Source: Candidatus Subterrananammoxibius californiae
Lineage (GTDB): Bacteria > Planctomycetota > Brocadiia > Brocadiales > Subterrananammoxibiaceae
Length of the DNA stretch: 64,000 nucleotides
Direction: 5' to 3'
Assembly (NCBI GenBank): GCA_030586555.1
Contig: JAURAC010000006.1
Location: forward strand, 16,794-80,793
Positions within the stretch are counted from its first letter, which is position 1; each line of letters begins with the position of its first letter. Under the pieces are notes generated by a model. The model was not told the DNA's origin, did no database searches, and worked only from the letters and a program-made list of their open reading frames with translations. Positions 39,431 through 47,795 of this stretch are shown in pieces. The position numbers and the translations under genes were made by a program.

Positions 39431-39723
39431 TTAGACTTACGAATCTTTTTTAAGGCAAACATACAAAGTACCGTAATACAAAAAACAATTAACGTCCCGG
39501 CAATCCCGGCAAGGGCTGTTGAAATTCTTGTATTTCTAACAAACGGCGTTTCATAATCAGGCAGGGGAGCTTTAGTAATCTCCTTTTCCTTCACAACGAA
39601 TCCTAATTTCCCAACCACCCATTCCAAACCGTCCGGCAGGGAAGAGGCAAAGGGAGAAATAATGCCTGCCAAACCTAATGAAATCAATAACCCTATTAGA
39701 ATAATCTTCGTTCCTTGCCTCAT
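39427..39723 (-). CDS. PDGLE domain ECF transporter accessory subunit (NikN-like)
   Basis: SPFASSLPDGLEWV; start moved past the REP mosaic. Confidence 0.88.
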   Translation of the reverse strand: MRQGTKIILIGLLISLGLAGIISPFASSLPDGLEWVVGKLGFVVKEKEITKAPLPDYETPFVRNTRISTALAGIAGTLIVFCITVLCMFALKKIRKSN

Positions 39724-39732
39724 GTGATGTCG

Positions 39733-39847
39733 CCCCCTCACCCTATCCCTCCCCCTCGAGGGGGAGGGTGACATGGATAAACTTGTTTATCCGTGTCCGC
39801 CTGAGGTGGATTGGGCAGCACGGACAAACACAGTTTGTCCATGCCAC
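39733..39847. repeat. Mosaic of families F, D, C and inverted D
   Basis: ccctccccctcgagggggaggg / catggataaacttgtttatccgtg / tccgcctgaggtgga / gcacggacaaacacagtttgtccatgccac. Confidence 0.85.
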
Positions 39848-39856
39848 TCCATTTTA

Positions 39857-40492
39857 CTATATCTTTTGAATCTCAAGTAAATCTGGCCGTACTTTCATAA
39901 TAAAACTTAACGCCGCACAGGTGATTAAACCTTCAACCACCCCAATTATAGTATGTGTGCCAACCATAGCTATAAGTGTTACCTTTAAAGGCACTGTGCC
40001 AGATAAGGCGAGTTCAAATGCACAGCAAGCAGATGCGCTAATTATAGAAAACCATGCGCCTATCCCTGCGCCAACAAAAAAGCCTTTTTTATCACCAATA
40101 AGGTTTCTTATAGCGTAAAAGAAATAATATCCTATGAACCCAGCCACCACACCCATATTAAAAATATTTGCCCCTAAAGCCGTAAGCCCGCCATCTTGAA
40201 ATACAAAGCACTGAACTGAAAGGATGGTCGTCATAATAAGAACCGCCGCCCACGGACCAACAAGAATAGCGAGTAAAGCTGCGCCCATAAAGTGTCCGCT
40301 TGTACCCCCTGCCACTGGGAAATTTAGCATCTGTGCGGCAAAGACAAATGCCGATAAAACCCCTAAAACGGGAATGTGTTTTTCTGTGAGCCTTCTATTG
40401 GCAATCATCACAACAGCTGTTATTGTTCCAGCAGAAATTCCCATCATAGGAATCCATATCTTTGCTGCAAGGAAACCATCTGGTAGGTGCAT
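39857..40492 (-). CDS. cbiM: ECF Ni/Co transporter substrate component (CbiM/NikM)
   Basis: N-terminal MHLPDGFL, GTSGH, DGGLTALGAN. Confidence 0.92.
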   Translation of the reverse strand: MHLPDGFLAAKIWIPMMGISAGTITAVVMIANRRLTEKHIPVLGVLSAFVFAAQMLNFPVAGGTSGHFMGAALLAILVGPWAAVLIMTTILSVQCFVFQDGGLTALGANIFNMGVVAGFIGYYFFYAIRNLIGDKKGFFVGAGIGAWFSIISASACCAFELALSGTVPLKVTLIAMVGTHTIIGVVEGLITCAALSFIMKVRPDLLEIQKI

Positions 40493-40599
40493 TTCTAAAA
40501 CCTCGTGCTTTTTTGAAAAAGAGTATAAAAGTTCACCATCCCTTAATCCCCTCCTTGGTAAGGAGGGGACAAAGGGGAGGTCTTAAGACAGATTGAAGT

Positions 40600-41400
40600 T
40601 TATTCCCTATTCTCGTGGTCGTGCTCGTGAAGATGCGCATGTTCGTGTTCCACAACAAACCTTTCATGACGATGCCTGTGCTGATGAATAAGGTTATTCT
40701 TTAAGAGAAGTTCTTGGTTTGATAAAATTTCTTTAAAAGGTCCGTCAGCTACAATAGTCTTTTCTTCACTGAGCACACAAACCCTATCAGCAATCTCTGA
40801 TACCATGTGAAGGTCATGGCTTGTGGCAAGGATTGTTTTACCCTGGTCTTTTAACACGTACAAGATTTCAATCAATTCCGTGCAACTCCTGGGGTCAAGA
40901 CCGCCTGTGGGTTCGTCCATTAATAATATTTGAGGCTTCATGGAGAGCAGGGTCGCAATAGCGACCCTCTTCTTTTCCCCAAAGCTAAGATGATGCGAAG
41001 GCCTGGACTCAACTTTCTCCATCCTAACCAACGCTAAGGCATTTCTGGATTCCTGCAATACAACATCTCTATCCCACCCTAAATTTACGGGACCAAATGC
41101 AACGTCGTCAAGCACCGTAGGACAAAACAACTGGTCGTCAGGGTTTTGAAAAACCAAGCCCATCTCCTTCCTTATGGTTCTCAAATTTTTATCATTAAGG
41201 ACGTTTCCAAGGATCTCAATCTCACCTCTACCGCGCAGGATACCTATTAGGTTTAAAAGCAAGGTGGATTTACCTGTTCCGTTAGCGCCTATAATAATAA
41301 CCGTCTCGCCCTTCGCCACGTCAAGATTTATATCCTGCAGTCCTACGGTCTTATCCGGGTAGGTATAAAATAGATGTCCAACTTTTATAGCTTCTGACAT
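40600..41400 (-). CDS. cbiO: ECF transporter ATPase (CbiO/NikO) with His-rich tail
   Basis: GANGTGKST, VFQNPDDQLF, LSFGEKKR, MDEP. Confidence 0.92.
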   Translation of the reverse strand: MSEAIKVGHLFYTYPDKTVGLQDINLDVAKGETVIIIGANGTGKSTLLLNLIGILRGRGEIEILGNVLNDKNLRTIRKEMGLVFQNPDDQLFCPTVLDDVAFGPVNLGWDRDVVLQESRNALALVRMEKVESRPSHHLSFGEKKRVAIATLLSMKPQILLMDEPTGGLDPRSCTELIEILYVLKDQGKTILATSHDLHMVSEIADRVCVLSEEKTIVADGPFKEILSNQELLLKNNLIHQHRHRHERFVVEHEHAHLHEHDHENRE

Positions 41401-41404
41401 AGCC

Positions 41405-42181
41405 CTAATCAGTAGTTAGTAGAAAGTAGACAGGGAACAGGAAAACAAATGTTACCATTAGAAAAATGACGTCTGTGAAAGAAAATTTGAGCACGTTAAC
41501 CGTCTTAATCCGCCCTGTAAAACCTCTAACAACCATCGCCGCATAGATTCTTTCAGCCCGCTCGTATGTACGAATAAAAAGGACCCCAACCATATTCCCA
41601 AAAACAGGTATCTGGCTCAAGAACCTGCCACCAAAGTAACGCACATTTCGAGCTCGCATAAGATGAACCGCCTCGTCAATAAGGACAAAAATATATCGGT
41701 ACATAAATGACATCATCAGGACAATAATTTGTGGAGCCTTCAACAATTCCACCCCACTTAGCAAGTCCTCAAATCTCGTAGTTAACATCATTGCAGTAAG
41801 TGTAACAACGGAAAGCCATGATTTGACCAAAACGTTTAATAATATATTTATTCCCTCATAAGTAATGCGAAGTTTGAACAGCACAAAGTCAATCTCTTTG
41901 ATAATCCTGCCTTCGGTGAAAAACACAGCCAAGCCTGCAACAACCATAACAAACGGAAGTATAATAATTGACCTCTTGAATATATAAACAGGAGAGATTC
42001 GGGCAATAAAGATAATCGTTAAAATAAGAACAAAATAGAAGCCAAACCTTTCAATTTCCTTTACAGGGGTCAAGACCATCAATACCAAAAAGGTAAGGGA
42101 AAATATCAGCTTCGTCCTCGGGTCTAATCTGTGAATTAAGTTATTTCTATCAGTATTCTTTTCAAAGATGTCGAATCCCAT
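41405..42181 (-). CDS. cbiQ: ECF transporter T component (CbiQ/NikQ)
   Basis: HRLDPRTK, YRYIFVL, ERAERIY.AM..RG. Confidence 0.92.
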   Translation of the reverse strand: MGFDIFEKNTDRNNLIHRLDPRTKLIFSLTFLVLMVLTPVKEIERFGFYFVLILTIIFIARISPVYIFKRSIIILPFVMVVAGLAVFFTEGRIIKEIDFVLFKLRITYEGINILLNVLVKSWLSVVTLTAMMLTTRFEDLLSGVELLKAPQIIVLMMSFMYRYIFVLIDEAVHLMRARNVRYFGGRFLSQIPVFGNMVGVLFIRTYERAERIYAAMVVRGFTGRIKTVNVLKFSFTDVIFLMVTFVFLFPVYFLLTTD

Positions 42182-42238
42182 AGCCACCTCAATAATTACA
42201 CAACATGATGACACGATACTCCAATTTTGTCAACCTTT

Positions 42239-43000
42239 TTAAAAATTGAGCCGAATGCCTATATAGCCAAGCAAATGCGGTTCACCGCTGCTTCTCTCTC
42301 CAAGGCTCCTACCTGCCGAACCCATTACGGAAAAAAGTTTACTGAACCTGTACCTGAAGCCAGCATTAAATAGCGGTGGATTAACCTCTGTGTATTCTGG
42401 TATAAGCCCAAAAATCTCTCCTACGGCATCAAGTCTCTTTAGAACAGGATACTCGCCAAAAAAGCCATAAAACAATTCATTGTTTTCGTCTTTTTCACGA
42501 TGTATTAAATATCCTATCTGAGAACCCATATAAAGGGATTTAATATGGATGTCAAATTCCAATGGCAAAAAGTAATAAGGCTTGGTATGTTCACTACTCG
42601 TTGGTATAAATACCGCTGGTGTAGCAGAGACGGACGGGAATAAGCCTGTTTCGTCTATAAACCTGTATTTCGTTGCGAACTGGATGTCCCCAAGACCGCT
42701 ATCTTTACCGTTTTCATCGTGGTCTAAAGAGTTATGAGGTATCACTAAATTTAGTTGCGTTCTCTCTCCAAGCCCATAATTGGCATCAACAATGAATCCC
42801 GTGGCTCTTTCGTGAATCGTATTTCTTGTGGTGTAAGCAAGATTAATTTCCCATCTGTTATGACCCGGCGTGCCTGTGTCGTCTGTAATGAGTGGAGGTC
42901 CCCCACCTAAAAGTAGGGGCAATTCATGAATTGCCCCTACAAAATTTTCAAATACAAAGCAGGTAAACATAAATGATAAAGAAAAACAAGACAACTTCAT
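42239..43000 (-). CDS. Putative outer-membrane beta-barrel/transporter
   Basis: GPPLITDDTGT, GLGDI, C-terminal Phe; lies in the NikR operon. Confidence 0.65.
   Translation of the reverse strand: MKLSCFSLSFMFTCFVFENFVGAIHELPLLLGGGPPLITDDTGTPGHNRWEINLAYTTRNTIHERATGFIVDANYGLGERTQLNLVIPHNSLDHDENGKDSGLGDIQFATKYRFIDETGLFPSVSATPAVFIPTSSEHTKPYYFLPLEFDIHIKSLYMGSQIGYLIHREKDENNELFYGFFGEYPVLKRLDAVGEIFGLIPEYTEVNPPLFNAGFRYRFSKLFSVMGSAGRSLGERSSGEPHLLGYIGIRLNF
42913..42940. repeat. Family-A perfect palindrome in frame
   Basis: gtaggggcaattcatgaattgcccctac encodes VGAIHELPL. Confidence 0.92.
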
Positions 43001-43013
43001 TAAGGTTCCTTTT

Positions 43014-43040
43014 GTGCTACTATTTTTATATTCGTGCTAC
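43014..43040. promoter_or_regulatory. Putative NikR operator
   Basis: GTGCTAC-13 nt-GTGCTAC, same spacing as 43490-43516. Confidence 0.55.
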
Positions 43041-43063
43041 CATTAGACAAAAAAATATATGCC

Positions 43064-43471
43064 TTATTCAATGTCCATGCCAGTACTTGACATACTCAGC
43101 GTTCCGTGCTTTACCCCTTTTATAGACCTTAAAGTATCAGCCAGTTTCTTGGCTTCCTCAGGCATCCCCTTTACTGCGATTATCTCCAGGCAATTATCGT
43201 GGTCTAAATGAATGTGTTGGGTTGAGATGATTATTTTTTGAAAATCATGCTGGATATCGGTAAGTTTATCTACTAACTGCCTTCTGTGATGGTTATAAAT
43301 AACAGTAATAGCTCCAGCAACCTCCTTGCCTTCCAGCCACTCTTTCTTTACTAATTCCTGGCGGATTAAGTCCCTGATGGCTTCTGAGCGGTTACTGTAG
43401 TTCTTCTCTCTTATCAACCGGTCAAATTTCTCAAGTAGTTCTTTCTCTAACGAGACCCCAAACCTAAGCAA
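43064..43471 (-). CDS. nikR: Nickel-responsive regulator
   Basis: RFGVSL, NRSEAIRDLIR, HIHLDHDNCLE. Confidence 0.96.
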   Translation of the reverse strand: MLRFGVSLEKELLEKFDRLIREKNYSNRSEAIRDLIRQELVKKEWLEGKEVAGAITVIYNHHRRQLVDKLTDIQHDFQKIIISTQHIHLDHDNCLEIIAVKGMPEEAKKLADTLRSIKGVKHGTLSMSSTGMDIE

Positions 43472-43489
43472 TCGAAAACCTCCCCTATT

Positions 43490-43516
43490 GTGTTACTTTT
43501 TTCATAATTGTAGCAC
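43490..43516. promoter_or_regulatory. Putative NikR autoregulatory operator
   Basis: GTGTTAC-13 nt-GTAGCAC near-palindrome just upstream of nikR. Confidence 0.7.
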
Positions 43517-43666
43517 AACATATTTGCCTTGTCAAGATTTTTCTAAGACATTTCCAAAAAAAGCTTGCTATTTTGAAAATTTTTGTTTATATTACGGGAC
43601 TTTTAAGTACAGGCAGTGTTCTAAGTATTAACATAATTTTATAATTCAGAAAAGGAGGAATATGAA

Positions 43667-45361
43667 GTGTTAAGTGACATTGAAATTGCCCGCGGGGTAA
43701 AGATGAAACCTATTGTGGAGATTGCTGGTGAACTCGGCATAAATCGGGATGAGATTGAATTGTATGGTGATTATAAGGCAAAGGTAAGGCTTGAGATTCT
43801 GGACAGGGTTAAGAATAGACCGAATGGCAAGTACATAGACGTAACGGCTATTACCCCTACCCCACTCGGCGAGGGGAAGACGGTTAACACACTGGGGCTT
43901 GCCCTTGGACTCAATAAGATTGGAAAGAATGCTATAGCCTGCATCCGTCAGCCATCGCTCGGTCCTGTCTTCGGTATAAAGGGAGGCGCTGCTGGTGGTG
44001 GTTATTCACAGGTGGTTCCTATGGAGGATGTGAACCTGCATCTTACTGGCGACATGCATGCCGTTAGCGTTGCGCATAATCTATTAGCGGCTTTTTTAGA
44101 TACCTCCGTACTGCTTAAAAACCCCTTAAATATTGACCCCCTCACTATCGGTTGGAAACGGGTAGTGGATGTAAATGACCGGGCTTTGAGGGATATTATA
44201 ATCGGTTTGGGCGGTAAGGAAAATGGTATACCAAGAGAAACAGGTTTTGAACTAAGCGCAGCCTCTGAGGTGTTAGCCATTCTTGCATTGACCACAGGTC
44301 TTCAAGATATGAGAAAGAAGCTTAGCAGTATTATAGTAGCCTACACACACAATGGAAAACCCGTTACCGCGGATGGCCTGAAATGCGCAGGCTCAATGGC
44401 TGTCTTGCTCAGGGACGCCATCAAACCAAACCTCTTACAGACTACAGAAAACACACCCGTGTTTGTACATACAGGTCCTTTTGGCAATATTGCACATGGC
44501 AATAGCTCCATACTGGCTGACCAGATAGCCATTAAATTAGGTGAATACGTTGTAACAGAAAGCGGGTTTGGAGCCGATATGGGCATGGAAAAATTCTTTA
44601 ACATCAAATGCAGGTACAGCGGATTAATCCCCAACGCCGTTGCCATTGTTACAAGTATCAGAGCGCTGAAGATGCACAGTGGCAAATTTACAATTATCCC
44701 AGGTAAGCCTTTAGACAAGGGTCTTATCGAGGAAAATATAGACGCTGTTGTGGAGGGTTGTTCCAATCTTGCCAAACATATCAAGAACGTCAAGACATAC
44801 GGTATTCCATCGGTCGTTGCCATAAATAGATTTACTAAGGATACAGACCACGAGATTGAATCGGTAAGAAAGGAAGCCCTCGCTGCTGGCGCTGAGGGTG
44901 TTGTGGTAAGTGAGGTATGGGCAAAGGGTGGTAAAGGCGGTAGAGAATTTGCCGAAGCTATTGTGGCGGCAGCCAACAAGAAGAGTAACTTCAATTTCCT
45001 CTACGAGCTTGACTGGTCAATAGAGCAGAAGATAGAAACCATCGCCACGAGGACATACGGCGCAAAAGAAGTAGAATTCCATCCTTTAGCCAAGGAAAAG
45101 ATACACAAGCTTAATCGTCTCGGCTTAAATAACCTGCCTGTATGTATGGCAAAGACGCACCTCTCTATCTCACACGACCCAAAGTGTCTGGGGGCTCCAT
45201 CTGGTTATGTGTTCCCCGTACGCGATATAAAGGTTTCTGCAGGCGCTGGCTTCCTTTATGCCCTGTGCGGAGACATTAGAACAATGCCCGGTCTTGGTTC
45301 TAAACCAGCAGGTCAAGACATTGATGTTGATGAAAATGGAGATATTTTAGGTTTATCATAA
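43667..45361 (+). CDS. fhs: Formate--tetrahydrofolate ligase
   Basis: TPLGEGKT, KGGAAGGGYSQV, GPFGNIAHG, TMPGL. Confidence 0.97.
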   Translation: MLSDIEIARGVKMKPIVEIAGELGINRDEIELYGDYKAKVRLEILDRVKNRPNGKYIDVTAITPTPLGEGKTVNTLGLALGLNKIGKNAIACIRQPSLGPVFGIKGGAAGGGYSQVVPMEDVNLHLTGDMHAVSVAHNLLAAFLDTSVLLKNPLNIDPLTIGWKRVVDVNDRALRDIIIGLGGKENGIPRETGFELSAASEVLAILALTTGLQDMRKKLSSIIVAYTHNGKPVTADGLKCAGSMAVLLRDAIKPNLLQTTENTPVFVHTGPFGNIAHGNSSILADQIAIKLGEYVVTESGFGADMGMEKFFNIKCRYSGLIPNAVAIVTSIRALKMHSGKFTIIPGKPLDKGLIEENIDAVVEGCSNLAKHIKNVKTYGIPSVVAINRFTKDTDHEIESVRKEALAAGAEGVVVSEVWAKGGKGGREFAEAIVAAANKKSNFNFLYELDWSIEQKIETIATRTYGAKEVEFHPLAKEKIHKLNRLGLNNLPVCMAKTHLSISHDPKCLGAPSGYVFPVRDIKVSAGAGFLYALCGDIRTMPGLGSKPAGQDIDVDENGDILGLS

Positions 45362-45419
45362 TATGTGTCTTGGTGGCAGACTCTACCAAGGTGATAGGTT
45401 GTTAGGGTCTCAGACTACA

Positions 45420-45465
45420 AAAAACAAAGGGGTAGGTAACTTAAAATCGTTACCTACCCCATTTA
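45420..45465. terminator. Bidirectional terminator
   Basis: ggggtaggtaac-loop-gttacctacccc with A/T tracts. Confidence 0.75.
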
Positions 45466-45501
45466 TGCTTTATAAAGAATCCTTCTTTTCAAACACCCTG
45501 A

Positions 45502-45951
45502 TTACGGATTAGTCGGAACCCATACCTTATGAGCAGGTACCCATTGGCCGCCTACCCACTGTCCCGGGATTTCAACCCAATGCCCAGCAGGCGCTTGAAG
45601 GGCAGGTTGCCCACCTTCTGCTTCTGCTGGAGCCTGTGGGGGAGGACCGCCATAAGCTGGTTGCCGCTGTTGCTGCTTAAGTTGCTCTATCTCCTGCTGT
45701 TGCTGCTCAATCTGCTGTCTCGTTTCCTGCTTCTCCATCTCGCTGCCTACCGCACCGCCCAATAAAGCCCCTGCACCTGCTCCGATAAGGGTACCTGCGG
45801 TATTACCTCCTATAGCCTGGCCCATCAACGCGCCACCAGCAGCGCCAATCCCTGTACCCATTGTAGACTTTGAAGGAGGCCCCTGGCATCCACTAAACAC
45901 CATTGCCACCATTCCTAATCCACCCAACAAAATAAACAACTTTTTCATCAA
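45502..45951 (-). CDS. Glycine-zipper lipoprotein
   Basis: Lipobox FSGC; GAAGGA..GAGAGALLGG; Trp-rich repeat tail. Confidence 0.82.
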   Translation of the reverse strand: MMKKLFILLGGLGMVAMVFSGCQGPPSKSTMGTGIGAAGGALMGQAIGGNTAGTLIGAGAGALLGGAVGSEMEKQETRQQIEQQQQEIEQLKQQQRQPAYGGPPPQAPAEAEGGQPALQAPAGHWVEIPGQWVGGQWVPAHKVWVPTNP

Positions 45952-46113
45952 TACTTACCTCCTACCAAAAACACCTCCACAAAAATACGTAACAGATACA
46001 TTTGTTGCAATTTCATTATAAGTATACGTGATATTTGCACTCTTGTCAAGTAATTTTCCTCTCATCAGGTGCGCTTGTCCACAAAAAAATTAGCTCTATG
46101 CGTTACTTTCGTG

Positions 46114-46142
46114 TTGACAACGAGCTAAAAGCAATATATACT
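46114..46142 (+). promoter_or_regulatory. Putative sigma70 promoter
   Basis: TTGACA-17 nt-TATACT. Confidence 0.7.
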
Positions 46143-46230
46143 CATGCCTTGTGGGGAAAAGGCTGCGGTGGCAAATTTCACAGGCACGGCATTATTGCTG
46201 TGTAATGCCTAAATGAAAGGAGGAGATAAG

Positions 46231-46512
46231 ATGTCAGTATTAAGTCTTTTTCGCATTGAAGTAAATCCTGCCGAGGAGAAGAATTTTTTAAATGATTTTA
46301 CCACGTTATTACCAGTAGCCAAGAAGCAAAAGGGCTTGCGTTATGCAGAGGCATTTATACCTGTCGGGTCAAAGAACACGTACCTCTTAATCACAGAGTG
46401 GGATTCTGAGGCAGACATAGCTGCATGGAAGAAGGTCGAACAACACGTAGGGATTATGGCAAAAGCGGGTAGATATGTGGCAAAACACAATATAAAAAGA
46501 TACAAATCATAG
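46231..46512 (+). CDS. Antibiotic biosynthesis monooxygenase (ABM)-like protein
   Basis: AGGAGG RBS; YLLITEWDSE....AW....H. Confidence 0.75.
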   Translation: MSVLSLFRIEVNPAEEKNFLNDFTTLLPVAKKQKGLRYAEAFIPVGSKNTYLLITEWDSEADIAAWKKVEQHVGIMAKAGRYVAKHNIKRYKS

Positions 46513-46524
46513 AACACCCTGTAC

Positions 46525-46582
46525 GGTAGATAACGGACTTTATGTCCGTTGATTTCAACGATGGTAAACATCGTTGCCTACC
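46525..46582. repeat. Family-E repeat, minimal 58-bp form
   Basis: ggtagataacggactttatgtccgttgatttcaacgatggtaaacatcgttgcctacc. Confidence 0.85.
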
Positions 46583-46628
46583 AAATTACCGCATCATTTT
46601 GTTGCCACCGTAGCGCCCTAAACAGATA

Positions 46629-46698
46629 GGCTGAGGGCTGAAGAAAAGACAGGCTGAAGGATAAAGAATTGGTTCTTCAGCCTTCAGCCTTCAGCCTT
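46629..46698. repeat. Inverted heptamer array (GGCTGAA / TTCAGCC)
   Basis: ggctgagggctgaag...cttcagccttcagccttcagcc. Confidence 0.8.
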
Positions 46699-47385
46699 AT
46701 GGTCGAACTCAAGAAAATCAAATTTGCAATACTTGGCATAATCGGTTCCCTTGTCATCCGCGTTCTTGTTAGGACGCTAAGGGTTGAGGAAAAACCAAGA
46801 GATTTGAGGCAAAGGTTTGAGGGGCGAGGTGAAGGACTAATCTATGCCTTCTGGCATTGTATGATGCTCGTCCTGGCATCTGTGGGGAAGAACTCTAACA
46901 TACATGTACTTATCAGCCAGCACACAGACGGCGAATACATTGCACAGATTATTAAGCGTCTTGGTTACGGCGTAATTCGTGGCTCAACCACACGCGGTGG
47001 GGCAAGGGCGATGATAAGTCTTGTAAAGAAAGCACGGTCAGGCTTCCCTATCGCAATCACACCCGACGGACCTCGCGGCCCACGTCACGTTGTACAGATG
47101 GGGGTTATATACCTGGGACAGAAAGCTGGCGTCCCAATCCTTCCCGCGGCTCTCGGTCTTTCGAGTTATTGGGAGCTACCAAGCTGGGACAGGTTTATCA
47201 TACCAAAACCATTCTCAAAGGCGCTACTCCTCTATGGACAGCCAATCCACATCCCTCCGAAACTCAACGAGGAACAACTCGAGGAGTATCGGTTACGATT
47301 ACAGAAGGCGCTTGAAGAAATAACAGAAACAGCGCAAAAGACCGTCGCTCGCCACCCGTCTCACGTCGCTCGTGAAAAGATATGA
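46699..47385 (+). CDS. DUF374 / lysophospholipid acyltransferase-like protein
   Basis: AFWH, ISQHTDGE, RGSTTRGG, TPDGPRGP, SWDRF. Confidence 0.88.
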   Translation: MVELKKIKFAILGIIGSLVIRVLVRTLRVEEKPRDLRQRFEGRGEGLIYAFWHCMMLVLASVGKNSNIHVLISQHTDGEYIAQIIKRLGYGVIRGSTTRGGARAMISLVKKARSGFPIAITPDGPRGPRHVVQMGVIYLGQKAGVPILPAALGLSSYWELPSWDRFIIPKPFSKALLLYGQPIHIPPKLNEEQLEEYRLRLQKALEEITETAQKTVARHPSHVAREKI

Positions 47386-47747
47386 AGATAAAAGATTATA
47401 AAGATTTAAAGGTCTGGCAAAAGGGAATTGAAATTGTAGATAAAATATATTTAATAACCAATAATTTCCCAAAAGATGAATTGTATGGTTTAACCAGCCA
47501 GATGAAGAGAGCCGCAATATCTATTCCATCAAACATAGCTGAAGGATTTGTAAGACACCATACTAAAGAATACATACAGTTTCTATATGTGTCATTAGGT
47601 TCATGTGCAGAATTAGATACACAGCTTGTTGTTGCCAGCAAAAGGAATTATGTAACAAAAGAGAAATTGGACGAGCTATCGGAAGATATAAATCACGAAG
47701 CTCGTATGCTTGTGAGTCTTATTAATACGGTAACCCGTCACTCGTAA
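47382..47747 (+). CDS. Four-helix-bundle protein (23S rRNA IVS protein / Avd-like)
   Basis: DLKVWQK, FPKDELYGLTSQ.KRAAISIPSNIAEG, GS..ELDTQL. Confidence 0.93.
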   Translation: MKIKDYKDLKVWQKGIEIVDKIYLITNNFPKDELYGLTSQMKRAAISIPSNIAEGFVRHHTKEYIQFLYVSLGSCAELDTQLVVASKRNYVTKEKLDELSEDINHEARMLVSLINTVTRHS

Positions 47748-47795
47748 TTATCATCCCTGTAACGGGCGACGAGCCCCGAGTGACAAGCAACGGAT

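Noticed and set aside
47382..47747. Diversity-generating retroelement (Avd-like gene)
   Set aside because: No reverse transcriptase and no template/variable repeat pair with adenine-specific mismatches.
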